Of a DNA stretch of 27,835 nucleotides, positions 11,103 through 21,902 are shown one piece after another. Positions within the stretch are counted from its first letter, which is position 1; each line of letters opens with the position of its first letter. The notes under the pieces are model-generated. The model was not told the DNA's origin, did not search any database, and saw nothing but the letters and a program-made list of their open reading frames with translations. The translations under genes were made by a program, and so were the position numbers. The DNA comes from Candidatus Thermofontivivens primus (GTDB taxonomy: Bacteria > Sysuimicrobiota > Sysuimicrobiia > Sysuimicrobiales > Thermofontiviventaceae): NCBI GenBank assembly GCA_031458695.1, contig JAVKJW010000029.1, positions 1 to 27,835 on the forward strand, in the 5' to 3' direction.

Positions 11103-11132
11103 GTGTGCCGCGTTTGTCGCGTTTGTCGCGTG
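11103..11132. repeat. short tandem repeat (9-bp unit GCGTTTGTC, about 2.5 copies) in the argS 5' leader/promoter region
   Basis: The sequence gtgtgccGCGTTTGTCGCGTTTGTCGCGtg read directly, 17-45 nt upstream of the argS start on the minus strand. Nearby is a pair of CCATGAAT direct repeats (about 11158-11165 and 11176-11183). Confidence 0.5.
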
Positions 11133-11189
11133 AGAGGCGGAATGGACGCAATGTGCACCATGAATTCAATAGACGCCATGAATACGGGC

Positions 11190-12320
11190 TCAGCGAGGGC
11201 GTTCTGCCAGGGTGACTCGGACGGTGAGACGCTGCGAGCCACGGACGATGGTAATTTGGACGGTCTCCCCGACCCGGCGGTTCATGATGATGCGAACGAA
11301 GTCATTCCAGGAGTCGACACGCTCCCCGTTGATCGCCACGATGATATCTCCAGGCTGAATCCGCGCCTTCTCCGCGGGGCTCCCGGGGACTACACCCCGG
11401 ACGACCACGCCGTGGTCTACCGGCAGGCCATAGGCCTGAGCAATGGAGGGATCGACATCCCCACCCCACTCAACCCCCACGAAAGGCCGGGCCACCCTTC
11501 CCCGGCTGATGAGCTGTTGCATGATCGCCTTGGCAGTGTCGATGGGGATGGCGAAGCCGATTCCCTGGGCTTCCCGGATGATGGCCGTGTTGATGCCGAT
11601 AACCCTCCCCTTGCTGTCGACGAGCGCGCCCCCGCTATTCCCCGGGTTGATGGCGGCATCGGTTTGGATGAGGTTCTCCACCACAAGGTTGGGGAGCTGG
11701 ATGTTCCTGTTGAGAGCGCTCACCACCCCGACGGTCACGGTGCTCCCAAGGCCAAAGGGGTTTCCAATGGCGATGGCGAGCTGGCCGACCCTCAACCCGC
11801 TGGATGTCCCAAGCTCCGCCGCCGGAAGCGGTTCGCGGGTGTCCACTTTGATCACCGCGAGGTCAGAAAAAGGATCCGCTCCCACGATGCGGCCCTGGAG
11901 GGTCTTCCCGCTGAGGAGAGTCACGGTGATCCTTCTGGCATTCTGGACGACGTGGTTATTGGTGAGGATGTACCCATCCGGCCGGACGATCACACCTGAG
12001 CCGGCACCTTCCTGGGGGAAGAGCTGGCCGAAGATATCTGGGGTGACGGTGAGGGTGTTCACGTTCACCACTGCCGGCCGGACCTTCTCCACGGCTTTGA
12101 TGATCGCGGACTCCTCCGTCTCGATGACGCGCGTGACCTGGGGCGCTGCTGGGGATGTTCCAGGCGGAGCTGCTGGGGCAACCGCCGGTCGGATTTGCAG
12201 GTAATAGGGAAGCACAACGCCTCCAAGGATACCGCCGATGATCCCAACGAGGAGGAGCACAATCAGCGAGGATGCAATGCTGCGCTGGCGTGGTGTCCGT
12301 GGTTGCAAGGATGGTTCCAT
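11190..12320 (-). CDS. htrA: HtrA/DegP-family periplasmic serine protease (trypsin-like domain plus PDZ), N-terminally membrane-anchored
   Basis: Catalytic triad context: ILTNNHVV (His), the DLAVIKVD region (Asp), GNSGGALVD (Ser). C-terminal PDZ (GLPVDHGVVVRGVVPGSPAEKARIQPGDIIVAINGERV). N-terminal TM LIVLLLVGIIGGILGGVVL. The SD AGGAG lies 9 nt before the ATG. Confidence 0.85.
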   Translation of the reverse strand: MEPSLQPRTPRQRSIASSLIVLLLVGIIGGILGGVVLPYYLQIRPAVAPAAPPGTSPAAPQVTRVIETEESAIIKAVEKVRPAVVNVNTLTVTPDIFGQLFPQEGAGSGVIVRPDGYILTNNHVVQNARRITVTLLSGKTLQGRIVGADPFSDLAVIKVDTREPLPAAELGTSSGLRVGQLAIAIGNPFGLGSTVTVGVVSALNRNIQLPNLVVENLIQTDAAINPGNSGGALVDSKGRVIGINTAIIREAQGIGFAIPIDTAKAIMQQLISRGRVARPFVGVEWGGDVDPSIAQAYGLPVDHGVVVRGVVPGSPAEKARIQPGDIIVAINGERVDSWNDFVRIIMNRRVGETVQITIVRGSQRLTVRVTLAERPR

Positions 12321-12488
12321 CGTCTCGCGCTCCTTTACCGTCTACTCTTCTTTCCAATACGATACCCCGCGCACCGATCCTGCGTACATGGCGGCTGGGA
12401 TGGAGGTTCGCGTTGGGACCTCTCTACCTGGAGACACTCCTAATTATACCACGGGAGGATTCCCCTTTCCTCTTCACGAAGGAAGTAG

Positions 12489-12525
12489 CCCCGGCGAAAC
12501 TTTTTCCCCAAAATTTCGCGCGGGG
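12489..12525 (+). promoter_or_regulatory. GC-rich imperfect stem-loop in the accD 5' leader (CCCCGGCGAAA / TTTCGCGCGGGG arms, 14-nt loop)
   Basis: Inverted repeat read from the sequence 18-54 nt upstream of the accD ATG. The loop is cuuuuuccccaaaa. It lies within the 222-bp divergent htrA/accD intergenic region. Confidence 0.3.
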
Positions 12526-12542
12526 CAGGGAAATCATCTGTC

Positions 12543-13403
12543 ATGCTGAACTGGCTTCGTCGCCCCAAATATGCGCAGGTGGAACGGAGGGAAGTCCCGG
12601 CAGGGCTCTGGTCCAAGTGCCCACGATGCAAAGCGCTCGTCTACCGCAAAGAGCTCGAGCGCAACCTCAAGGTCTGCCCAAAGTGCGGGTACCACCTCCG
12701 CCTCTCCGCCCGGGAGCGCATCGCCGTGACCTTTGACCCTGGAAGTTTCGTGGAGCACGCTGCGGACCTGGATTCCCGCGACATCCTCGGGTTCGTGGGG
12801 TACCAGGAAAAACTGGAGGAAGCCAAAAAGCGCACGGGGAACCGGGAGGCCTGCATCATCGGGGAAGGGACCATCGAGGGGTTCCGCGTAGTGACGGCGG
12901 TGCTGGACTTCCCCTTCCTGGGAGGGAGCATGGGCACCGTAGTCGGGGAGAAGATCGCACGTGCCGCGGAACTGGCCATGTCCAAGGGCCTTCCCCTCGT
13001 CACCTTCTCCGCCTCGGGAGGAGCCCGGATGCAGGAAGGGATCCTCTCCCTCATGCAACTGGCCAAAACCAGCGCGGCGATTGGCAGGCTGCGCGACGCC
13101 GGGCTGGCCTACATCTCCGTCCTGTGCGATCCCACGACCGGAGGCGTCACCGCTAGTTTCGCCTATCTGGGAGACATCGTCATGGCGGAACCTGGTGCCC
13201 TCATTGGATTTGCCGGCCCGCGGGTGATCGAGCAGACGATCCGCCAGAAGCTCCCTGAGGGCTTCCAGACGGCGGAGTTCCTGCTCAAACATGGCATGCT
13301 GGACATGGTGGTGCCCAGGACGGAGATGCGCTCCACGTTGGCCCGCCTCCTCCGCTTCTTCGGGGCGCCGCGGGAAACGAGGCAAGAGGCGGCAGTCCCC
13401 TAA
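12543..13403 (+). CDS. accD: acetyl-CoA carboxylase carboxyltransferase subunit beta
   Basis: N-terminal zinc ribbon [26 protein letters not shown]. Carboxyltransferase domain with GGSMG and the [11 protein letters not shown] region. 286 aa. Confidence 0.9.
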   Translation: MLNWLRRPKYAQVERREVPAGLWSKCPRCKALVYRKELERNLKVCPKCGYHLRLSARERIAVTFDPGSFVEHAADLDSRDILGFVGYQEKLEEAKKRTGNREACIIGEGTIEGFRVVTAVLDFPFLGGSMGTVVGEKIARAAELAMSKGLPLVTFSASGGARMQEGILSLMQLAKTSAAIGRLRDAGLAYISVLCDPTTGGVTASFAYLGDIVMAEPGALIGFAGPRVIEQTIRQKLPEGFQTAEFLLKHGMLDMVVPRTEMRSTLARLLRFFGAPRETRQEAAVP

Positions 13404-13440
13404 GGGAGATTTTGACCAGGAAGTCCCTGGATGGTGCGCG

Positions 13441-14301
13441 ATGGTGCAAGCCGGCGAAGGAAACAACACAGTGGCAGAGGAGCTCAGCGTTGCTCCCACA
13501 CCATGGGAGATCGTCCAGATTGCCCGCCACCCCAAGCGCCCCAGGGTGATGGATTTCGTGGAAGGCTTGTTCGGGGAGTTCACCGAGCTCCATGGGGACC
13601 GGCTCTTCGGGGATGACCCGGCTATGTTGGCAGGGCTGGCGCTGTTTGAAGAGCTGCCCGTGGCCATCGTTGGCCACTACAAGGGCAAGGATACCCGGGA
13701 GAACATCGCCCGCAACTTCGGCATGCCGCATCCGGAGGGGTATCGCAAGGCCCTCCGGGTCATGAAGCTCGCCGAGCGCATGCGCCTTCCCGTGATCAGC
13801 TTTGTGGATACGCCGGGAGCCTATCCAGGCATTGGGGCGGAGGAGCGGGGACAGGCCGAGGCCATCGCCCGCAACCTTGAGGAGATGAGCCGTCTGCGCA
13901 CCCCGATCCTCGTCGTCGTGGTCGGGGAGGGGGGGAGCGGCGGCGCCCTCGCCATCGGGGTTGGCGACGTGATCCTCATGTGCGCCTACGCCATCTACTC
14001 CGTGATCTCCCCGGAGGGATGCGCGGCGATCCTCTGGCACGATGCAAGCCGCGCTGAGGAGGCTGCCGCTGCCCTTAAGCTCACCGCCGAGGACCTCTAC
14101 CGCCTCGGCGTCGTGGACGAGATCCTCCCAGAGCCGCCGGGCGGAGGGCACCTGGACCCGGAGGCACTGATCTCCACTGTCCGGGATGCGGTACGCCGTC
14201 ACCTTGCCCTGCTCCGGGAGAGGCCAATCGAAGAGCTGCTCGCCGCGCGGTACGAAAAGTACCGGAGGATTGGCCAGCTCCTGGAAGCTCCAGGGACCTA
14301 G
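13441..14301 (+). CDS. accA: acetyl-CoA carboxylase carboxyltransferase subunit alpha
   Basis: WEIVQIARHPKRP, IVGHYKG, FGMPHPEGYRKALRVMKLAERMRLPVISFVDTPGAYPGIGAEERGQAEAIARNL, GEGGSGGALA. The ORF-track start at 13291 lies inside accD. The first in-frame start after the accD stop is ATG 13441. Confidence 0.85.
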   Translation: MVQAGEGNNTVAEELSVAPTPWEIVQIARHPKRPRVMDFVEGLFGEFTELHGDRLFGDDPAMLAGLALFEELPVAIVGHYKGKDTRENIARNFGMPHPEGYRKALRVMKLAERMRLPVISFVDTPGAYPGIGAEERGQAEAIARNLEEMSRLRTPILVVVVGEGGSGGALAIGVGDVILMCAYAIYSVISPEGCAAILWHDASRAEEAAAALKLTAEDLYRLGVVDEILPEPPGGGHLDPEALISTVRDAVRRHLALLRERPIEELLAARYEKYRRIGQLLEAPGT

Positions 14302-14349
14302 CCCCAAGAATTCGCAAGAGGGATTTGGGGTATGCTGGAGGGAGAGCGC

Positions 14350-14829
14350 ATGAACGAGAAATCCAACGAGCGAAAGATCGATCTTGAGGAGATCCGGGCA
14401 CTCGTGCAAATCGCCAGCGAGGCGGAGATCACCGAGCTTTCCGTGGAGACAGAGTACCTCAAGGTCTCCATCAAGAAGGCTCCCCCTGCTGCCGCAGGGC
14501 AACCCATCCACGCGGCTTCCGCTCCTCCTGCGGCCCCCCCGCAGGCGCCCCCGCACCTCCCGTCCGCCGAGGAAGCAGAGGAGGCCAAGCTCGTCCCCAT
14601 TGTCGCCCCCATGGTCGGTACCTTCTACCGTGCCCCTTCCCCCGATGCGCCCCCATTTGTGGAGGTGGGAGAGAAGGTGGAGAAAGGCCAGACCGTGTGC
14701 ATCATTGAGGCGATGAAACTCTTCAACGAGATCCCCGCAGAGGTAGAGGGCAGGATCGTCAAGGTCTTGGCGGAGAACGGGCAGCCTGTGGAGTACGGGC
14801 AGCCTCTCTTCTTGGTCGAACCCTCCTAG
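14350..14829 (+). CDS. accB: acetyl-CoA carboxylase biotin carboxyl carrier protein
   Basis: Biotinyl domain with the EAMKLFNEI motif (the biotinylated Lys). Pro/Ala-rich linker. ATG 14350 is preceded by GGAGGGAG with a 5-nt spacer. The alternative ATG at 14332 lacks an SD. Confidence 0.85.
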   Translation: MNEKSNERKIDLEEIRALVQIASEAEITELSVETEYLKVSIKKAPPAAAGQPIHAASAPPAAPPQAPPHLPSAEEAEEAKLVPIVAPMVGTFYRAPSPDAPPFVEVGEKVEKGQTVCIIEAMKLFNEIPAEVEGRIVKVLAENGQPVEYGQPLFLVEPS

Positions 14830-14872
14830 TCGCCTTGCATCCAGACAGGCTCCTAGAGGAGGATTGCACAGC

Positions 14873-16225
<1,353 letters not shown>

Positions 16226-16309
16226 AAAATCACACAATCAACAACTTATCCACAGGGGCGATGGTCCAAATTAAAAATCACTTTTCGAGGCATTTCCGCG
16301 GTGGGATAG

Positions 16310-17284
16310 TTAGGAAAGGTGCCGGCCCAGGCGCCTGTAGACGACAGCGGCAACCCCTACCACTCCCGCATCCTCCCCCAGGAGCGCAGGGAGGATCTCG
16401 ACGCCCTGGAAGGCGCGCGGGAAGCTGTGCGCCCGGGCCGCCTCCTGGATCGGGTCGAAGAGCAGCGGGCCCGCCCTTGCGACCCCTCCTCCAATGACCA
16501 CGCGCTGGGGGTTGAGGAGGTTGATCAAACTTCCCACGGCGATGCCGATGTACGTCCCCGCCCTCCAGAAGATCTCCCGGGCCACTTCATCCCCCTCTCG
16601 CGCCGCCTCTTCCACCGTCTGGGCGGTGATCGCCTCGATGCGCCCCTGGCTGTGCTCCAGGATCCTCCTCCCTCTCCCCTCCTCTACGGCCTGCCGGGCC
16701 ATCCGGGCGATCGCCGGGCCCGCGGCAACGGCTTCAAGGCACCCCCTTGCCCCACACCCGCAAAGCGGACCGTCTGGGAGGACGTTCATGTGACCGATCT
16801 CCCCGGCCAATCCACTGGCACCACGGTAGACCTCTCCCCCAAGGATGAGCCCACCGCCGATCCCTGTCCCCACGGTGAGGTAGACGAGGTGATCCGCACC
16901 CCGGCCAGCCCCCCGCCACCATTCCCCGGCCGCGGCGGCGTTCGCATCATTCTCCAAGACCACCGGGAGGGGGAAGTGCTCCTTCAGAAGGTCGGCGAGG
17001 GGGACATCTTCCCACCCCCGGAGGTTCGGTGGGGAGAAGACGATCCCGCGCTCGGGGTCGAGGGGACCTGGCGCTCCCACACCAAGGGCTGCAATCTCCT
17101 GGAGACGGAGCCCCGCCGCCGACATCGCCTCCCGCGCGGTGGAGGCCATCTCCCGGACCACAGCCACGGGTCCCAACTGCGGCGTTTGCCGGCGAGCCCT
17201 CGCCAGGACCCGCCCTTCCTGGTCCACCACGGCGGCGAGGATCTTGGTCCCGCCGAGGTCTATGGCGAGTATGAAGCGGTCCAT
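16310..17284 (-). CDS. ROK-family sugar kinase (probable glucokinase)
   Basis: N-terminal ILAIDLGGTKILAAVVD (ATP-binding). The ROK signature spans LTVGTGIGGGLILGGEVYRGASGLAGEIGHMNV, with the zinc motif CGCGARGCLE. Confidence 0.8.
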   Translation of the reverse strand: MDRFILAIDLGGTKILAAVVDQEGRVLARARRQTPQLGPVAVVREMASTAREAMSAAGLRLQEIAALGVGAPGPLDPERGIVFSPPNLRGWEDVPLADLLKEHFPLPVVLENDANAAAAGEWWRGAGRGADHLVYLTVGTGIGGGLILGGEVYRGASGLAGEIGHMNVLPDGPLCGCGARGCLEAVAAGPAIARMARQAVEEGRGRRILEHSQGRIEAITAQTVEEAAREGDEVAREIFWRAGTYIGIAVGSLINLLNPQRVVIGGGVARAGPLLFDPIQEAARAHSFPRAFQGVEILPALLGEDAGVVGVAAVVYRRLGRHLS

Positions 17285-17452
17285 ACCGGCTCTCTATCCC
17301 GGAAAGGTCTCACGAGAGATTTTGCTTGGCTTCCTGGTTGTTTCTGAAAGGACAAGGCGAAAACCTGCCGCTCTCGATTCTTGCATGCTGCAGGAGAACG
17401 GCGCCATCCCTCGAATGTGTTCTGGAGGAACGACAGAACGCGGGGGTGTTCC

Positions 17453-18340
17453 ATGCCTGTCCTCATCTCCTCCATCGTCTATCTCATCGCCGTCTTCATT
17501 GTCGCCTTCCTCATCCTTCCCGCCGCGATCAAGATCGTGCGGGAGTACCAACGCCTGGTGGTCTTCCGCCTGGGCCGCAGCATTGGGAAGAAGGGCCCGG
17601 GGCTCGTCTTCCTCATCCCCTTCGTAGACCGCGCCGTCTGGGTGGACCTCCGGGAGACCTTCCTGGAGATTCCCGCCCAGACCTGCATTACCAAGGACAA
17701 CGCCCCCATCAACATCGACTTCCTGATTTACTGGAAGGTGTTCGACCCAGAGCTGTCGGTGATCCAGGTGCAGGACTTCGCCGGCGCCGCCCGAGGGATC
17801 GCCACCACCACCCTGCGCGCAGTGGTTGGGGATATCCTCCTTGACGACGTCCTTGCGCGCCGGGAGCAGATCAATGCAATCCTGCGCACCAAGCTCGACG
17901 AGGTGACTGAGCGGTGGGGGGTCAAGGTGACCAGCGTGGAGATCCGAGAGATCCTGCCCCCGCGCGAGGTCCAGGAGGCGATGATCCGGCAGATGTCCGC
18001 GGAGCGGCAACGCCGGGCGACGGTCACCGAGGCCGACGGAAAGCGCGAGGCGGCTATCCTGGTGGCGGAAGGCGAAAAGCAGGCGGCCATCCTCAAGGCA
18101 GAGGGAGACCGGCAAGCCGCAATCCTTCGGGCTGAGGGTTTCTCCCTGGCCCTCGAGAAGATCTTCACAGTGGCGAAGACCGTGGACAGCAAGACCCTCA
18201 CCCTCCAGTACCTCGAAGCGCTCAAGGCGCTTGGGGAGAGCCCCGCGACCAAGTTCATCTTCCCCATGGAGTTCACGCGACTCCTCCAACCCCTGGCCGA
18301 CTTCGCCAGGGAGGCGCTTGAGGGGGAGAAGCACTCTTAG
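17453..18340 (+). CDS. SPFH/band-7 (stomatin-like) membrane protein
   Basis: N-terminal TM segment (LISSIVYLIAVFIVAFLILPAAI), then the SPFH domain (REYQRLVVFRLGR...). The C-terminal coiled region has EAAILVAEGEKQAAILKAEGDRQAAILRAEG repeats typical of stomatin/HflKC relatives. The probable start is ATG 17453, preceded by GGGGGTG. The ORF-track start is TTG 17381. Confidence 0.8.
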   Translation: MPVLISSIVYLIAVFIVAFLILPAAIKIVREYQRLVVFRLGRSIGKKGPGLVFLIPFVDRAVWVDLRETFLEIPAQTCITKDNAPINIDFLIYWKVFDPELSVIQVQDFAGAARGIATTTLRAVVGDILLDDVLARREQINAILRTKLDEVTERWGVKVTSVEIREILPPREVQEAMIRQMSAERQRRATVTEADGKREAAILVAEGEKQAAILKAEGDRQAAILRAEGFSLALEKIFTVAKTVDSKTLTLQYLEALKALGESPATKFIFPMEFTRLLQPLADFAREALEGEKHS

Positions 18341-18401
18341 GGTCGCCGAGTCATCGGGTCATTGGGTCGTTGCGTCAAAGTTACCTTCCACTCCTTGCGA
18401 C

Positions 18402-19094
18402 TCACAATTCACGACGCACGACCCTCCGCGTGGCCAGCAGGAATCCAGCGAACATCATGGTGGCTGCCAGCAATTCCCCCAAGTAGAGGTAGGCGCCCAG
18501 GCCAAGGCGGGTGAGCGTGCTGGCGAAGGCTATGGAGAGAGCGCCTGCGGCGATGAGAACATTCCCCCACACCAGGGAAGAGGGGACCTGCCGCTTCCAC
18601 AAGAGCCAGGCGGAATAGAGAGCCCCTCCCACAAGTGTGATGGTCCCGTAGATGTTGAAAAGCGGGGTCATGCGGCGGATGCTCGCTCTGGGAAGGATCT
18701 CCCGGTACTGCTCGCTCAGCGGGGTCGCCGGGTCAAAGCCCGCTGCCTGCAGAGGAGTCGTGAACATCGCATAGGTGGCATAGAGGCTCCCGAGGAAGAG
18801 CAAGATCATGAGGACGTGGGCAACCTTCCTCCGGGCGAGGAGGTAGACCGTTCCCTGGCCCAGCCACGCAGCGTTCAAGACCGCCCCGCCAAGGTACCAG
18901 AGGCGGAAGACAAGCGGGTTCCAACCGAAGACAGAGTAGGCTTCGGCAAAGCTCCCCACCCCGAACATCACGAGCCCGATGCCCCACAGCAGGAGGTGTG
19001 TCCCCCTTCGCAGGAGATACCTCCGGAACACAAGGACCGCGAAGAGAAAGATCACCAGGGTCGAAAGAAACGGCAAAACCAGTTGGATCCGCAC
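18402..19094 (-). CDS. hypothetical polytopic membrane protein (about 7 predicted TM helices), family not recognised
   Basis: 230 aa and strongly hydrophobic throughout, with high GC3. The GTG start is preceded by GAGGAGGGTG. It is the last gene of the three-ORF cassette 18402-19392. Confidence 0.6.
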   Translation of the reverse strand: MRIQLVLPFLSTLVIFLFAVLVFRRYLLRRGTHLLLWGIGLVMFGVGSFAEAYSVFGWNPLVFRLWYLGGAVLNAAWLGQGTVYLLARRKVAHVLMILLFLGSLYATYAMFTTPLQAAGFDPATPLSEQYREILPRASIRRMTPLFNIYGTITLVGGALYSAWLLWKRQVPSSLVWGNVLIAAGALSIAFASTLTRLGLGAYLYLGELLAATMMFAGFLLATRRVVRREL

Positions 19095-19106
19095 TCCCCA
19101 CCCTCC

Positions 19107-19211
19107 TCACTGATATGGGATGATGCCTAGGAGCACCCCCGCCGCCACCACCACGATGAGGGCCATGAGGATGGCCAGCCCCACAAGGACCGCAGGGATC
19201 AGCCGTTGCAC
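19107..19211 (-). CDS. unannotated 34-aa single-TM micro-ORF (VQRLIPAVLVGLAILMALIVVVAAGVLLGIIPYQ), putative
   Basis: Found by translating the 124-nt gap between the two flanking genes by hand. The GTG start lies 7 nt after the upstream gene's TGA, preceded by GGTGGGGTGAGGG. Its TGA stop sits inside the SD of the downstream GTG (cagTGAggagggtggggaGTG), a translational-coupling geometry. The Leu/Ile/Val/Ala-rich composition is atypical for random GC-rich frames. Confidence 0.3.
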   Translation of the reverse strand: MQRLIPAVLVGLAILMALIVVVAAGVLLGIIPYQ

Positions 19212-19218
19212 CGCACCC

Positions 19219-19392
19219 TCACCCCACCGGGGGGAACTCCTGGGTCTCCGATCCCTGGAACGGCCACTCGCTCAGCGTCTCCTCGAGGACCTGGCGTACC
19301 TTCACCATTTCCAGGGATATCGCCTTGAGAAGCTCCCGGATCTCCCGGAGCTCAGCGATAACCTCCTCCCGCCATGCCTCCTCAGAACCCAT
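19219..19392 (-). CDS. small acidic helical protein, 57 aa (MGSEEAWREEVIAELREIRELLKAISLEMVKVRQVLEETLSEWPFQGSETQEFPPVG), hypothetical
   Basis: The internal ATG at 19392 is preceded by a strong SD (AGGAGGTGGAGG immediately upstream). The ORF-track N-terminal extension to 19482 runs through the terminator hairpin and is unlikely to be real. Confidence 0.5.
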   Translation of the reverse strand: MGSEEAWREEVIAELREIRELLKAISLEMVKVRQVLEETLSEWPFQGSETQEFPPVG

Positions 19393-19465
19393 CCTCCACC
19401 TCCTGAAGCCCTCGAAGCTTCGGTGAGTACTCTTTCTCCAGCGGTCCCGCCAATCCTTAAGACAC

Positions 19466-19496
19466 GGCGGGGGCGTCCCCACGGGAGACGCCCCCG
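19466..19496. terminator. perfect 11-bp GC-rich stem-loop (GCGGGGGCGTC-cccacggga-GACGCCCCCGC), a putative intrinsic terminator
   Basis: Read directly from the sequence. On the plus strand it is followed by TTTT. On the minus strand it lies 55 nt downstream of the ABC ATPase stop, and only a weak U-tract follows. Confidence 0.4.
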
Positions 19497-19550
19497 CTTT
19501 TCCCCTGTAACGGCCGGAAGGGGGTCCAGGGGGGTCTTGAGAGCCTCTCG

Positions 19551-20651
<1,101 letters not shown>

Positions 20652-20701
20652 AACAGGTCCTCACTTCCCATCTCAGGATTTCCCCATCAATTATAAAACA
20701 T
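20652..20701 (-). promoter_or_regulatory. putative promoter of the ABC ATPase gene (TATAAT hexamer on the minus strand at about 20690-20695)
   Basis: An exact TATAAT about 38 nt upstream of the ATG in a locally AT-rich 50-nt spacer. The -35 is poor. Confidence 0.3.
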
Positions 20702-21790
20702 TCACCACTTTTCAGACCTCTCCTCCTCACCGAGCCTCCGCTTCAGCTCCTCGATCACAGGTACGGGGGTCGGGTCCACCCCCCGCAGGTAGGCCAGATA
20801 GACGCTTGTGAGGTCGCCAAAGAGGATCGCGGAGAAGAGACGGGCAAGCTTCCCATAGCCTTCGGTCCATACCTCGTGGAGGCCCCGGGCGCGGTGGAGG
20901 GCAAGATCGACGGTAATCGCCACGCGTTGCGCGATGCGCGGTTCCTCCTCCCTGTCGCGCAGCAGGACCACCTGGAAGATCTGCGCCAGCTCCTCCTCCA
21001 CTCCCCATCCCACCGTCTCGTTGTGGTTGAGTTCGGGGAAGACGTTCCACAGGGCAAGGATCTTACTGTTCTCGTTGAACTGGCACTTCCACCGCAATGC
21101 CGCGGGCTCCAGGAGAGATGCGGCCGCATAGACCACAGGGATCCTGCCCAGGAGGCGGGTCGCGAGCTGCTTTGCGGGGTTGCGATCTACTGGGGCGGAG
21201 GGACCCAGGCGATCCCCAAGGGAACGCAGGACTTCCACGCACTCGCGCACTCCCTCTTCTAGATTTTCCAAAGCCCCAAGGCGGTGCAGGACTGCGAGCA
21301 TGGGGAAGAAGAGGTATCCCAGGGCCGCGCGGGGCGGGAAGCCAGGAGGGATGCGTACCAGAGGGACCCCATCCCGCTGGGCCATCTCGGCGAGCTTTCC
21401 TCCCGAGGTGATGGCCACGGGGGAAGCTCCTTGGTCCCGAGCCATCTGGTAAGCAGCGAGGGTCTCCTCGGTATTCCCCGAATAGCTCACGGCGAAGGCA
21501 AGGGTCCCCGGGCCGATCCACCGGGGCACCTTGTAGTCCTTCACCACCACGACAGGGATCCTGCCTTCCCCTGCCAGCAGGGTCCTCAGTAAATCCCCGC
21601 CGATCCCGGATCCCCCCATCCCGAGAACCGCCACAGCGCTGGGGGGCGAAGGGTGTGGAGGAAGCTCCGCCTCCTTCCCTGCCTCCCAACCTGCCAGGAC
21701 CTGGTCTGGAAGGCCGAGGACCAAATCCAGCATGTCCTGCGGGTCGCGGACCTTCCGAACAACGGGGTCGTCAAGGATCTCACGTGCCAT
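20702..21790 (-). CDS. bifunctional phosphoglucose/phosphomannose isomerase (archaeal-type SIS-domain PGI/PMI)
   Basis: Tandem SIS domains (VAVLGMGGSGIGGDLLRTL ... AFAVSYSGNTEETLAAYQMARDQGA ... AITSGGKLAEMA). The second half resembles the C-terminal domain of the bifunctional PGI/PMI family known from crenarchaea and some bacteria. Confidence 0.7.
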   Translation of the reverse strand: MAREILDDPVVRKVRDPQDMLDLVLGLPDQVLAGWEAGKEAELPPHPSPPSAVAVLGMGGSGIGGDLLRTLLAGEGRIPVVVVKDYKVPRWIGPGTLAFAVSYSGNTEETLAAYQMARDQGASPVAITSGGKLAEMAQRDGVPLVRIPPGFPPRAALGYLFFPMLAVLHRLGALENLEEGVRECVEVLRSLGDRLGPSAPVDRNPAKQLATRLLGRIPVVYAAASLLEPAALRWKCQFNENSKILALWNVFPELNHNETVGWGVEEELAQIFQVVLLRDREEEPRIAQRVAITVDLALHRARGLHEVWTEGYGKLARLFSAILFGDLTSVYLAYLRGVDPTPVPVIEELKRRLGEEERSEKW

Positions 21791-21902
21791 AACGAGGTAT
21801 GAGGTTCAACTCGGATTCCCCAGTTCCCTGCAGGAGCGTCTTTTTATGCGGCGAATTCTCTCCCCAAAGGTCCCAGGGCCTTGAAACCACGGGAATAGCT
21901 CG

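Noticed and set aside
17294-18334. 346-aa minus-strand ORF
   Set aside because: It is antisense to the SPFH gene and has a D/E/G-rich low-complexity translation.
18365-18430. Long-range inverted repeat (GGGTCGTTGCGTC ... GACGCACGACCC) spanning the SPFH/membrane-protein convergent junction
   Set aside because: One bulge and a loop of about 45 nt. It is too weak to call a terminator without a folding calculation.
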